From Macrostomum lignano (taxonomy: Eukaryota), in NCBI GenBank assembly GCA_002269645.1, contig NIVC01001022.1, forward strand, positions 1 to 64,000: a DNA stretch of 64,000 bases. Reading direction: 5' to 3'. Both the position numbers and the translations under genes were made by a program. The notes under the pieces were generated by a model. That model did no database searches, was not told the origin of the DNA, and saw only the letters and a program-made list of their open reading frames with translations. Each line of letters starts with the position of its first letter. Position 1 is the first letter of the stretch. This document shows positions 23,301-33,705 of the stretch, one piece after another.

Positions 23301-26300
23301 AGTAATGCCTCTCGCCGGTTGTGTGCCTATGTCGCTTAAAGTGCGCCAGGATGCACACAACCCCCCTGCCTCTAATTAAAAAAAATCACAAGGTGGGGTG
23401 GGGGCACAAAGCATTGGCATGTCCCCCCCATAGCTTTTACTGGGGGGACATGTCCCCCTGTCCCGCCGGTGGCGACGCGCCTGCTTAAACCAAAAAATTT
23501 CCTGTTCAAATTTAATCAAGGACGCAGCACTATAAAAGTTCCAACCACCCTTAATTAGGAAGTGAAGTTTACTCTCTACCCCAACATGGCACTTTGGGGC
23601 AGGTCCTGTACTCTCATCGTAATGCATCCATGGTCTCGCGGTCCTCAAATTGTTTTGCAGACCAGCTTGTGGTTTGTTAATCTAAACTGTGACAGGTTGC
23701 ACTTTAATTCTGGGTTGGAAATTTCTAGGACATACTTTGTTGGTTGAGTAATGAGTATGTACCATTTGAAGCTGTGTAGTAAAGCTGACTTTTTAGCTTT
23801 GCAAAGGTCTTTACTCTTGGTCTCCAGAGTCTCATTAAATTATGGTTCAAAACTAGCTTTCCGCGTTCTGATTGGGATTAAATCAAGTTTAAGGTCATTT
23901 AAAATCACGCTATACATCGTAAAAAATCAGCATAGGTTTTGGAGGTTGACTGGTCAGACTGGATCTATATCCATGCGACAAATGCGTGATGCTTTTTGTA
24001 TGACCTTGGGGGAATCCCCGACGGATAAACCCAGCCCTCCTTCACTACAAGTGCAAAACAAAACAAATTTACAGATACACTAGGCTATTTCTTTACTAAA
24101 TCAATAGCAGAGAACTCAGCTATACTCACTCGTTTGGCGTTGATGTTTGAACCAGCTTCAACTAGACAGTTGAGAATCTAAAATATTTTAAATTTAGTTA
24201 AATTATAACTGCTTGTGAACTTTAGTCCAATGTGAATCAACCAAAGTCTCTAAATAGCATTTTTATCACCTCAATCTGACGATTTTGCGTGGCATGATGC
24301 AGCGCAGTCGATCCATCATTGTCCTGACGCTCTAGCAGCAGCTGCTTGCTTTGCGAGCTGGCTGTATTGCCTGCTGAAAACGACGGTTTTTAGCAGATAA
24401 ACCATACATATTTTTTAAAGACAAAAGCAGCAGATCAAAAAGCCGCATTCTGAACGTCTTTCCTTACGCATTTTCATTGCATGGCGAAGAAGCTCCTTCA
24501 GAACAGTTAAGCAACCCTCGATGCAGGCAACCATGATTGGGTTGAGGCCGTTATTGTCAGCCACATTCAAGTTGGCTCCGTTTGAGAGCTTCAATTATAA
24601 AATAAATTCACACAATGCACGCAGTACTTATGCTTAACTCTTCAAAACGCTAGGTTGAGTACTATAAATTTGCTCACTAGAAGTTCGCACAGCTCTAAGC
24701 TGCCATTCCGAGACGGCTGGTGCAGCGCAGACACGCCATCCTTCTCCTGTTTGAGCACATCGGCACCCGACTGGATTAAAAGCTGCAGAATCAGTAAAGT
24801 TGATTTGAGTTAGTTGAATTAAGCTGAGAATGCACTATGGGTTGTTCGAGCGTAGATTTTATTGGAGAGTTAATTTCGAGTATGCTTGAGACGTATAAGA
24901 GAGAATTCTAGGTTTTAGGGTTATCAGGGTGTCGCAGGGCTGAGGGGGCGTCAGGGCTGAGGGTGTCAGGGTTGAGGGTTTCAGGGCTGAGAGGGTCTGG
25001 GCTGAGGGTGTCAGGGCTGAGGGTGTCAGGGCTGAGGGTGTCAGGGCTGAGGGTGTCAGGGCTGAAGGGTGTCAGGGCTGAAGGGTGTCAGGGCTGAAGG
25101 GTGTCAGAGACGGTAGTGTCAGGGTTGAAGGGTGTCAGTGCTGAGGGGTCTCATGGCTGAGGGTGTCAGGGCTGAAGGCTGTTAGTGTTGAGGGGTGCCA
25201 GGGCTGAAGGGTGTCAGGGCTGAGGGTGTCAGGGCTGAGGGTGTCAGGGCTGAAGGGTGTCAGGGCTGAAGGGTGTCAGGGCTGAAGGGTGTCAGAGACG
25301 GTAGTGTCAGGGTTGAAGGGTGTCAGTGCTGAGGGGTCTCATGGCTGAGGGTGTCAGGGCTGAAGGCTGTTAGTGTTGAGGGGTGCCAGGGCTGAAGGGT
25401 GTCAGGGCTGAGGGGTGTCATAGCTGAGGGTGTCAGAGCTGAAGGGTGTCAGGGCTGAGGATGTCATGGCTGAGGGTGTCAGGGCTGAAGGCTGTTAGTG
25501 TTGAGGGGTGCCAGGGCTGAAGGGTGTCAGGGCTGAGGGGTGTCATAGCTGAGGGTGTCAGAGCTGAAGGGTGTCAGGGCTGAGGATGTCATGGCTGAGG
25601 GTGTCAGGGCTGAGAGGGTCTAGGCTGTGGGTGTCATGGCTGAGGGTGTCAGGGCTGAAGGGTGTCAGGGCTGAGGGGTCTGGGCTGAAGGGTGTCAGGG
25701 CTGAGGATGTCATGGCTGAGGGTGTCAGGGCTGAGAGGGTCTGGGCTGTGGGTGTCATGGCTGAGGGTGTCAGGGCTGAGGGGGTCTGGGCTGAAGGGTG
25801 TCAGGGCTGATAGTGTCAGGGCTGAGGGTGTCAGGACTGAGGGTGTCAGCGCTGAGAGGTGTCAGGGCTGAGGGTGTCAGGGCTAAAAGGTGTCAGGGCT
25901 GAGGGGTGTCAGGTCTGAGGGGTGTCAGTGCTATGCGTCAGGGTTGAGGGTGTCAGGGCTGAGGGTGTCAGGGCTGAAGGATGTCAGGGCTGAGGGTGTC
26001 AGGACTGAGGGTGTCAGGACTGAGGGTGTCAGCGCTGAGGGTGTCAGGGTTGAGGGTGTCAGCGGTGAGAGGTGTCAGGGCTGAGGGTGTCAGGGCTGAG
26101 AGGTGTCAGGGCTGAGGGGTGTCAGGGCTACAGGTCATCAGCAACCCCTCACTCTGGCGATCTGCACGTGGCTCCTCCGGCACGCCACATGCAGGGCCGT
26201 CTGCCCCTTGTCGTCAGTAACGTCAATTTTGATGCCCTTCTGCCGCAGCAGCAGCTGCATCGCCTCCTCGACGTTGAAGGTTGCAGCCGCGTGGATCGGC

Positions 26301-26680
26301 CGGGTGCCCTCTTGGCCGCGAAGGTTCAGCGCAGCGCCTTTCCGAATGAGCAGCTGCAGAACCTCCAGACGGCGGTACTTGATGGCGTAGCTCAGGGCGC
26401 ATGTGAGCCGCTCGTCCAAGCTGTCGATCAGCGACGGCTTGGCGAGGACGGCCGCCCGGACGAACTGCGCGTCGCCTTCGCGAACCGCGTGGTGAAACTG
26501 CGGGGGGGAGAGGGGCGGCTTTGAGTTCAGAGAGGGTTTGAAATCCAACGGTGTGACTGCAGATTAGTCAGTTTGAAAGGGCCTTCAGACGCTGGATGAA
26601 AATCAAAGAAGACAGTCGCAAGCAGTCACGTCCATTCTGCTGGACAGCTGAGCGCTGTGCAGCAGCTCTGACTCTCTCAT
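10737..26680 (-). CDS. TRPA1: TRPA-family ankyrin-repeat cation channel, copy 2, 24 exons, about 1066 aa
   Basis: Hand-built exons, high to low: 26680-26630 (tentative first exon), 26497-26153, 24782-24678, 24588-24468, 24373-24270, 24177-24130, 22492-22368, 22284-22236, 20910-20629, 19858-19608, 19187-19076, 19003-18834, 17849-17765, 17640-17581, 17496-17348, 17021-16874, 15967-15923, 15824-15723, 15286-15120, 14558-14429, 13406-13233, 13118-13050, 12229-11991, 10806-10737. All junctions GT-AG, phases match, no internal stop. At least 12 ankyrin repeats (TALH/TPLH motifs), pre-S1 LLKHP...QEKWQKF, six hydrophobic segments, pore VGE, S6 MNLLIGIAVGDI. Confidence 0.9.
10893..11870. repeat. 32-bp minisatellite in the last intron of TRPA copy 2, about 30 units
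   Basis: Reverse complement of the 1957-3640 unit. Confidence 0.97.
12345..12935. repeat. 23-bp minisatellite (ggcgccaatcctacagtcctcat)
   Basis: About 25 near-identical units. Confidence 0.97.
13954..14240 (+). mobile_element. Family A SINE copy
   Basis: Colinear with 23022-23383 (gccgtagcccag...ggctcgattcc...gaagtgtacatgcctaacgata...cctctcgccggttgtg). Confidence 0.85.
15335..15700. repeat. Degenerate (ATCTC)n repeat
   Basis: Direct reading. Confidence 0.85.
16075..16750. repeat. Compound 21-24-bp minisatellite with a TTTGGCGCCC core
   Basis: Three successive unit types sharing the core. Confidence 0.95.
17090..17305. repeat. 12-bp (gagacaggcact)n followed by (GACA)n
   Basis: Direct reading. 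Confidence 0.95.
18065..18770. repeat. 31-bp minisatellite (actcaacttgagaatcatgagaagctacgct)
   Basis: About 22 units. Confidence 0.95.
19190..19440. repeat. 60-bp tandem repeat, about 4 units, abutting a TRPA acceptor site
   Basis: Near-identical 60-nt lines at 19201, 19261, 19321 and 19381. Confidence 0.95.
19885..20618. repeat. Near-perfect 13-bp minisatellite (cccagatcccgat), about 56 units
   Basis: Fills almost the whole intron 20628-19859. Confidence 0.98.
20975..21793. repeat. 15-bp minisatellite (gctggcgcccctggt and gctaaagcccctggt variants)
   Basis: About 54 units, two variants arranged in blocks. Confidence 0.98.
22794..23483. mobile_element. hAT-type MITE (same family as 47263-48218) carrying a SINE insertion
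   Basis: TIRs caggagcgtcgcca and tggcgacgcgcctg. Perfect 8-bp TSD cttaaacc at 22786-22793 and 23484-23491. Confidence 0.85.
23022..23383 (+). mobile_element. tRNA-derived SINE (family A), full length
   Basis: A box tagcccagcgg, B box ggctcgattcc, A-rich tail; TSD aatcacaaggt at 23007-23017 and 23384-23394. Confidence 0.85.
24925..26125. repeat. 15-17-bp G-rich minisatellite (agggctgagggtgtc)
   Basis: Fills TRPA intron 2; duplicated higher-order blocks visible. Confidence 0.95.
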
Positions 26681-27017
26681 CGTGAGGTGTGTACACTCTC
26701 TTCTGCTAGTGCAGGATGCACTCTATATCGCCACTTGAGGAAAGTATACTTTTGCTATGTGAATAATGTGAAATTCACATTGAACAGAAAGTGACGATAA
26801 CCGAACGTTTCTGCATACGAAAGATCAAATAGAGGGTATTCAGTATTTACGCTGCTAATGAAGCATGAATCCGAACTGCACTATCTATACATGTCGCTTA
26901 TAACCAAGTGTTAAACAAGAGGTGGCTCATGTTAAGTACAATCGCAGGGAATGGCCAATTTGGAAGATAAGCGCAATCGCATTTAATGCGACTTTCACAT
27001 TGCGCGCGCAAGAAGTC

Positions 27018-27024
27018 TATAAAT
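27018..27024 (+). promoter_or_regulatory. Candidate TATA box of ferritin
   Basis: TATAAAT about 85 nt upstream of an ATG in strong Kozak-like context (gccgccgcaccATG). AATAAA at 27920-27925 is a candidate poly(A) signal. Confidence 0.5.
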
Positions 27025-27109
27025 ATTCCAGACGCCGAATCTTGTGAGAGTCCAAAAGCAATCTAATCCAGCAGACGTTGATCAGCAGAGTTAATTAAGC
27101 CGCCGCACC

Positions 27110-27624
27110 ATGAGCAGCAGCAGGATCAGGCAGAACTTCCACGAAGAGAGCGAGGCCGCCTTGAACCGGCAGGTGAACATGGAGCTGTTCGCGTCGTACA
27201 CCTACCAGAGCATGAGCTTCCATTTCGCCAGGGATGACGTCGCCCTGCCGGGCATCGCCGCCAACTTCGCAAAAGAGTCCGTCGAGGAGCGCGGGCACGC
27301 CGAGAAGCTGATGAAGCTGATCAACCAGCGAGGCGGCACCATCGTGCTGGACAACATCAGCAAGCCGCAGAAGCAGGCCTGGGCTCCATGCTGGAAGCGA
27401 TGCAGGACGCCCTGCAGCTGGAGAGAGACGTCAACCAGAGCCTGCTGGACCTGCACAAGGTCGCATCGAAGCACGAGGATGCGCACCTCACCGACTATCT
27501 GGAGGGCGAGTTCCTCACCGAGCAGGTGGATGCCATCGAGAAGATCTCAGGTTACATCACGCAGCTCAAGAGGGTCGGCACTGGACTTGGAGAGTACATC
27601 TTCGACCACGAGGCTTTCAGTTGA
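27110..27624 (+). CDS. FTH1: Ferritin, H-type (ferroxidase centre intact), intronless; 1-nt frameshift at GGG 27381-27383
   Basis: [40 protein letters not shown]...RGG, then in the next frame [23 protein letters not shown]...EQVDAI...GLGEYIFD. Ferroxidase-equivalent Glu/Tyr/Glu-Glu/His/Glu/Gln residues present. Adding one G gives QAWGSMLE. Confidence 0.92.
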
Positions 27625-28001
27625 ACACAGGAGCTTCAGTGCGTCCTGCAGTTTAATTGACTCGCCTAAGCTGACTAAAGAGAAAAACTGATTTACTCAT
27701 AGAATTTGTCGGTATAAACATTAAGCGCTTTCATTGCAGTAAAATCATGTAGTCATTGCTACTCATATCTGTGATTCACGTTTTTGAACAATCGTTTCCT
27801 TGTGCCACATGAAAATCAATTACACTCACAGAACATATCGTATGCTATATTTATTCAGAATGTTCTCGAAGTAAAATATTTGCTATGGTTACCATAGGTT
27901 ATTGTTGATTCTAAACTGCAATAAAAGCAGCAAGTTGAAGAAAGAAAATTTGGCTATTAAAATGCTTGAAGTAGCATTGATGTGTTTTCGGATACTATTT
28001 T

Positions 28002-29703
28002 TTACTTGCTAGGGCTTAAGACAGTAGCGTGTGCAGAAAGGACACAGAGATAATATGACAGGAACTCAGCTTTGCCACCTCTTGGACGTGGCATCCATCG
28101 GAACTGGGAGAAACTGGGGCCGCCCACTAAGAGACAGGGGTGTCTACCAAGAGACAGGGGCGCCCACCAAGAAACAGGGCCGCCCACCAAGAGACAGGGG
28201 CGCCCACCAAGTGACAGGGGCACCCACCAAGAGACAGGGGCGCCCACCAAGAGACAGGGCCGCCCACCAAGAGACAGGGCCGCCCACCAAGAGACAGGGG
28301 CGCCCACCAAGTGACAGGGGCATCTGCCAAGAGACAGGGGCGCCCACCAAGAGACAGAGACACCCACCAAGAGACAGGGCGCCCACCAAGAGACAGATGC
28401 GCCCACCAAGTGACAGGGGCATCTGCCAAGAAACAGGGGCGCCCACCAAGAGACAGAGACACCCACCAAGAGACAGGGGCACCCACCAAGAGACAGGGGC
28501 GCCCACCAAGAGACAGGGCCGCCCACCAAGAGACAGGGCCGCCCACCAAGAGACAGGGGCGCCCACCAAGTGACAGGGGCATCTGCCAAGAGACAGGGGC
28601 GCCCACCAAGAGACAGGGCGCCCACCAAGAGACAGATGCGCCCACCAAGAGACAGGGGCACCTACCAAGAGACAGGGGCACCCACTAAGAGACAGGGGCG
28701 CACACCAAGAGACAGGGGCGCCCACCAAAAGACAAGGGCGCCCACCAAGAAACGGGGGCGCCCACCAAGAGACAGAGACACCCACCAAGAGACAGGGGCA
28801 CCCACCAAGAGACAGGGGCGCCCACCAAGTGACAGGGGCATCTGCCAAGAAACAGGGGCGCCCACCAAGAGACAGAGACACCCACCAAGAGACAGGGGCA
28901 CCCACCAAGAGACAGGGGCGCCCACCAAGAGACAGGGCGCCCACCAAGAGACAGGGCCGCCCACCAAGAGACAGGGGCGCCACCAAGTGACAGGGGCATC
29001 TGCCAAGAGACAGGGGCGCCCACCAAGAGACAGAGACACCCACCAAGAGACAGGGCGCCCACCAAGAGACAGATGCGCCCACCAAGAGACAGGGGCACCT
29101 ACCAAGAGACAGGGGCACCCACTAAGAGACAGGGGCGCACACCAAGAGACAGGGGCGCCCACCAAAAGACAAGGGCGCCCACCAAGAAACGGGGGCGCCC
29201 ACCAAGAGACAGAGACACCCACCAAGAGACAGGGCGCCCACCAAGAGACAGATGCGCCCACCAAGAGACAGGGGCACCCACCAAGAGACAGGGGCGCCCA
29301 CCAAGAGACAGGGGCGCCCACCAAGAGACAGGGGCGCCCATCAAGAGACAGATGCGCCCACAAGAGACAGGGGCACCCACCAAGAGACAGGGGCGCCCAC
29401 CAAGAGACAGAGGCGCCCACCAAGAGACAGGGGCGCCCATCAAGAGACAGGGGCGCCCATCAAGAGACTTGTTTAAAAAAATCTTACATGTTTAGTCATC
29501 TCCCACGGGTACAAGTCGGCAATCAACGTTTGCACTTCAGTGGCAACGTTCCGATTGTTGGCTGCGAGACTAGTTCCTCCAAGCGACGTCTTGGACAAAC
29601 TAAACAAAGCTGGCGATGGCTGAACAATGTCCAGCTGATGCTGCATGTCATAGTCTGACGGACGGACACGACTACTGAAGCCACTGGACGATTTTCTTGT
29701 CAT
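28002..29703 (-). CDS. Putative two-exon small protein (105 aa), unknown function; may be the 3' end of a longer gene
   Basis: Exon 29703-29488 ends CAT|gtaaga; exon 28103-28002 follows tttctcccag. Phase 0 join, intron filled by a 20-bp satellite. Translation MTRKSSSG...LYPWEMTKH|FRWMPRPRGGKAEFLSYYLCVLSAHATVLSPSK*. No recognised domain. Confidence 0.4.
28105..29465. repeat. 20-bp minisatellite (ccaccaagagacaggggcgc) with higher-order variants
   Basis: Direct reading. Confidence 0.96.
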
Positions 29704-30344
29704 TTCGAGCTCAATATCAATCTATTTATTGACAGAAGCTACTATAAAATTGAAGCTAGTATAAATTAACGAAATTAATGTCCTCAAAATTCTTATTTTT
29801 ATACTTTACTTTCAACGCACCGTTGCAGCAGTATAGAGCCAATCAGACTGCTTTTCTGTGCGTACAATTTCCGTTCGTCGACTAGAAATTACTATGAGGT
29901 TTAACGTCAAACTAAAGTTCTTAGAATATCGTAGAGTCCAAAATGTCTCAAATGTACAAAAGAGACGTCTGCATACATTGTAGCCCATGTCCGGTTTGGT
30001 ACACACACAGACACGTTGTTGCCATTGGTAACAGAAATAAAACAAGCTGAACACAATTCTCAAGCTGCATGCAAGTCTTGCAAGCATACTACTATATTGT
30101 TGTGAGTGTATGTGTGCATAAGCACTCAAGTTGATTAGCTATTCCTTAAGTTAACACATGAAATTGATTTTTTTGCTAAAAGAAACCTGAGCTAACGCAC
30201 AATACTTTTAGACAGATGCAGGGGTTGTAATTGTGTTTTTCGTAAAGTATTGCATGCGTCACAACTCAGTGTTTATTTTTAAACTGCATGGTGCTTTGAA
30301 ACCTCATTTTATACGAGGTACATGTTAACTGTTTGATGGTTCTG

Positions 30345-30775
30345 TCACTCTACCCGATACTTATGTGCCACTCTCCCGGATACTTATGTGTCACTCTCCC
30401 CCATACTCATGTGTCACTCTCCCCCATACTCATGTGTCACTCTCCCCATACTCATGTGTCACTCTCCCCCATACTCATGTGTCACTCTCCCCCATACTCA
30501 TGTGTCACTCTCCCCCATACTCATGTGTCACTCTCCCCCATACTCATGTGTCACTCTCCCCATACTCATGTGTCACTCTCCCCATACTCATGTGTCATTC
30601 TCCCCCATACTCATGTGTCACTCTCCCCCATACTCATGTGTCACTCTCCCCCATACTCATGTGTCACTCTCCCCCATACTCATGTGTCACTCTCCCCATA
30701 CTCATGTGTCACTCTCCCCCATACTCATGTGTCACTCTCCCCCATACTCATGTGTCACTCTCCCCCATACTCATG
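30345..30775. repeat. 23-24-bp minisatellite (ccccatactcatgtgtcactctc)
   Basis: Direct reading. Confidence 0.96.
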
Positions 30776-31127
30776 CATGGAACCTCCAACCTTGAGACAA
30801 ATCTTGATTCCAAGGACCATGCAGCCGCTGCTGACCTTAGATTACTGACCATAGACAACAGCATTTTTGCTTTGATAGCTTTTGAAAATCTTCTGCAGCG
30901 TAACTTTTTTAACTATATGCGAAGACCGATGTAAAGAGCTATTCCTAAAAGAGATTCGAATAGAAGACTGCGTTCGACAAAGAAACAAAGAAAGAGACAA
31001 TTAACAATGCCGGAAGCAACTGTCGAGCCAGTCTCCAACGATCAGGCGTCGTTGTTGTCTCGGCTTCCTGCTTCACTCCGCCGCCATTGCGCAGCAAATC
31101 CAGCAGGAGCAGCAGCAGAAGCCGATC

Positions 31128-31667
31128 ATGCACGATCTAGTAACTACGCCATCCGCCTCAGTAGCCGTGCTCGAACGAAACTGGGACATATCGGACGATG
31201 CGTCCATCGAGACGGGCCTCGACCAGCAACAGCCGCAGCGTCAACTGGACGAAGCTTCAAGCACAGCCGATGATTTATTAGACGTGCTAACGGTCGGAGC
31301 CGATCAAGACAATGGAAACTCTAATGCTGGTATCCTTGATAATGATACTGATATCGAAAATGATCAAGGATGCACCAATACCGATGCAGAGGAAGACAAC
31401 ACTAGCAAAAGCAGCGACAGCGGCAGCAGCAGCAGCAACAACAGCAGCGAAAGCGAAACCGAAGATGGCGAAGATAGTCGAGACGAAGACGCGGATGACT
31501 TTAACAAGAACAACGACATTGATGAGAATGAGGACGACAGTTTAACCGCAGAATTTTACTCGAACGCCAACGCGTCCGACGATCCGTCGGCCAAGAAGCA
31601 AAAGGAGCAGAAGCAACAGGCAAAGGATGCAAGCAGACGCAGGAGAAAATCACCGTGGAGTCATTGA
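31128..31667 (+). CDS. Acidic/Ser-rich low-complexity ORF with basic C-terminus, probably the terminal exon of an unidentified gene
   Basis: 179-aa non-repeat ORF rich in D/E/S/N, ending KKQKEQK...RRRRKSPWSH. The frame stays open upstream to about 31005 (SAAIAQQIQQEQQQKP). A plausible acceptor (ttctgcag, 30898) opens a protein-like segment in a different frame. Structure unresolved. Confidence 0.45.
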   Translation: MHDLVTTPSASVAVLERNWDISDDASIETGLDQQQPQRQLDEASSTADDLLDVLTVGADQDNGNSNAGILDNDTDIENDQGCTNTDAEEDNTSKSSDSGSSSSNNSSESETEDGEDSRDEDADDFNKNNDIDENEDDSLTAEFYSNANASDDPSAKKQKEQKQQAKDASRRRRKSPWSH

Positions 31668-32079
31668 ACGCATTCGAAGTATTGAAATATTATGAAATTC
31701 TCAACTAGACAAAGGAAAGCATTTTAACTCAGTTGCATCCCTTTAAGTGTTTGTCCTGCATGTGTACGAGTGTTAATTATCATAATTTTTGTGAAAGCAA
31801 ACAACTTCCAGCCAAGAGCGGCCCACTATTAATATAGCAGCACAATACCATATATTCAATTAAGAGCTTAAAGTCCACACTACTCAAAACATCGTACCTT
31901 CAGCTAATAGAAAAACAAAAAATCAGCAATGATTTCGATGCTGGTGGTATTTGTTAAACTGCGTAAAAATTTACATAAGTTAAGTAGTTCAAGGCGCACC
32001 ATTATTTTTTGGTTCTCTCGTTGAACTCTAGAAAACTAACATTATTGAAACATAACCAATGCTTTTGTAGCCACTATCC

Positions 32080-33705
32080 CATGCAGATCCTCAGTTGTTG
32101 GGTTAGCCTCCCAGATCCTCAGTTCTGGGCCAGTCTCCCAGATCCTCAGTTGTTGGTTATCCTCCCAGATCCTCAGTTGTTGGGTTAGCCTCCCAGATCT
32201 CAGTTGCTGGGCCAGCCTTTCAGATCCTCAGTTGCGGGCAGCTCCCAGATCCTCAGTGCTGGCAGTACTCCAGATCCTCAGTTGCTGGGTCAGCCCGTCC
32301 CAGATCTCAGTTGCTGGCCAGATCCTCAGTTGCTGCGGTCACCGTCCCAGATCCTCAGTTGCTGGGTCACCGTCCCAGATCCTTCAGTTGCTGGGTCACC
32401 GTCCCAGATCCTCAGTTGCTGGGTCACCGTCCCAGATCCTCAGTTGCTGGGTCAACGTCCCAGATCCTCAGTTGCTGGGTTAGCCTCCCAGATCCTTAGT
32501 TACTGGGTTAGCCTCCCAGATCCTCAGTTGCTGTGCCAGCCTCACAGATCCTCAGTTGCTGGGTCACCCTCTCGATCCTCAGTTGCTGGGTCACCCTCTC
32601 GATCCTCAGTTGCTGGGTCAGGGTCACCCTTCCAGATCCTCAGTTGCTGGGTCATCCTTCCAGATCCTCAGTTGCTGGATCACCCTCTCGATGCTCAGTT
32701 CCTGGGTCACCCTCTCGATTCTCAGTTGCTGGGCCAGCCTCCTAGTTCCTCAGTTGCTGGGCCAGCCTCCTAGTTCCTCAGTTGCTGGGCCAGCCTCCCA
32801 GATCCTCAGTTGCTGGGTCACGGTCCAAGATCCTTAGTTGCTGGGCCAGCCTCCCAGAACCTCAGTTGCTGGGCCAGCCTCCGAGATCCTCAGTTGCTGG
32901 GCCAGCCTCCCAGATCCTCAGTTGCTGGGTCACCCTCTCGATCCTCAGTTGCTGGATCACCCTCTCGATCCTCAGCTGCTGGATCACCCTCTCGATGCTC
33001 AGTTCCTGGGTCACCCTCTCGATTCTCAGTTGCTGGGCCAGCCTCCTAGATCCTCAGTTGCTGGGCCAGCCTCCTAGTTCCTCAGTTGCTGGGCCAGCCT
33101 CCCAGATCCTCAGTTGCTGGGCCAGCCTCCCAGACCCTCAGTTGCTGGGCCAGCCTCCCAGATCCTCAGTTGCTGGGCCAGCCTCCCAGACCCTCAGTTG
33201 CTGGGTTACCATCTCAATATTCAGTTGCTGGGTCACCCTCTTGATGCTCAGTTGCTGGGTCACTCTCTCGATTCTCAGTTGCTGGGCCAGCCTTCCAGAT
33301 CCTCAGTTGCTAGGCCAGCCTCCCAGAGTGTCAGTTGCTGGGCCAGCCTCCCAGATCCTCAGTTACTGGGTCACCGTCCAAGATCCTCAGTTGCTGGGTC
33401 ACCGTCCAAGATCCTCAGTTGCTGGGTCACCGTCCAAGATCCTCAGTTGCTGGGTCACCGTCCAAGATCCTCAGTTACTGGGTCACCGTCCAAGATCCTC
33501 AGTTGCTGGGTCACCGTCCAAGATCATCAGTTGCTGGGTTACCGTCCAAGATCCTCAGTTGCTGGGTCACCGTCCAAGATCCTCAGTTGCTGGGTTACCG
33601 TCCAAGATCCTCAGTTGCTGGGTCACCGTCCAAGATCCTCAGTTGCTGGGTTACCGTCCAAGATCCTCAGTTGCTGGGTCACCGTTCCAGATCCTCAGTT
33701 GCTGG
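32080..33705. repeat. 28-bp minisatellite (cagatcctcagttgctgggtcaccgtcc and variants)
   Basis: Direct reading. Confidence 0.95.

Noticed and set aside
21948-23747. Small ORFs in TRPA introns 6 and 8
   Set aside because: Not ankyrin-like, and the gene model is complete and in phase without them.
27381-27383. Programmed ribosomal frameshifting in ferritin or the FReD gene
   Set aside because: No slippery heptamer or downstream structure seen; single-base homopolymer loss is the simpler explanation.
27625-27655. CAGTGC after the ferritin stop as a 3' IRE
   Set aside because: The flanks do not form the 5-bp upper stem with a bulged C.
18065-33705. Arrays of 28-32 bp units as possible CRISPR repeats
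   Set aside because: Units are head-to-tail with no unique spacers, there are no cas genes, and the context is eukaryotic.
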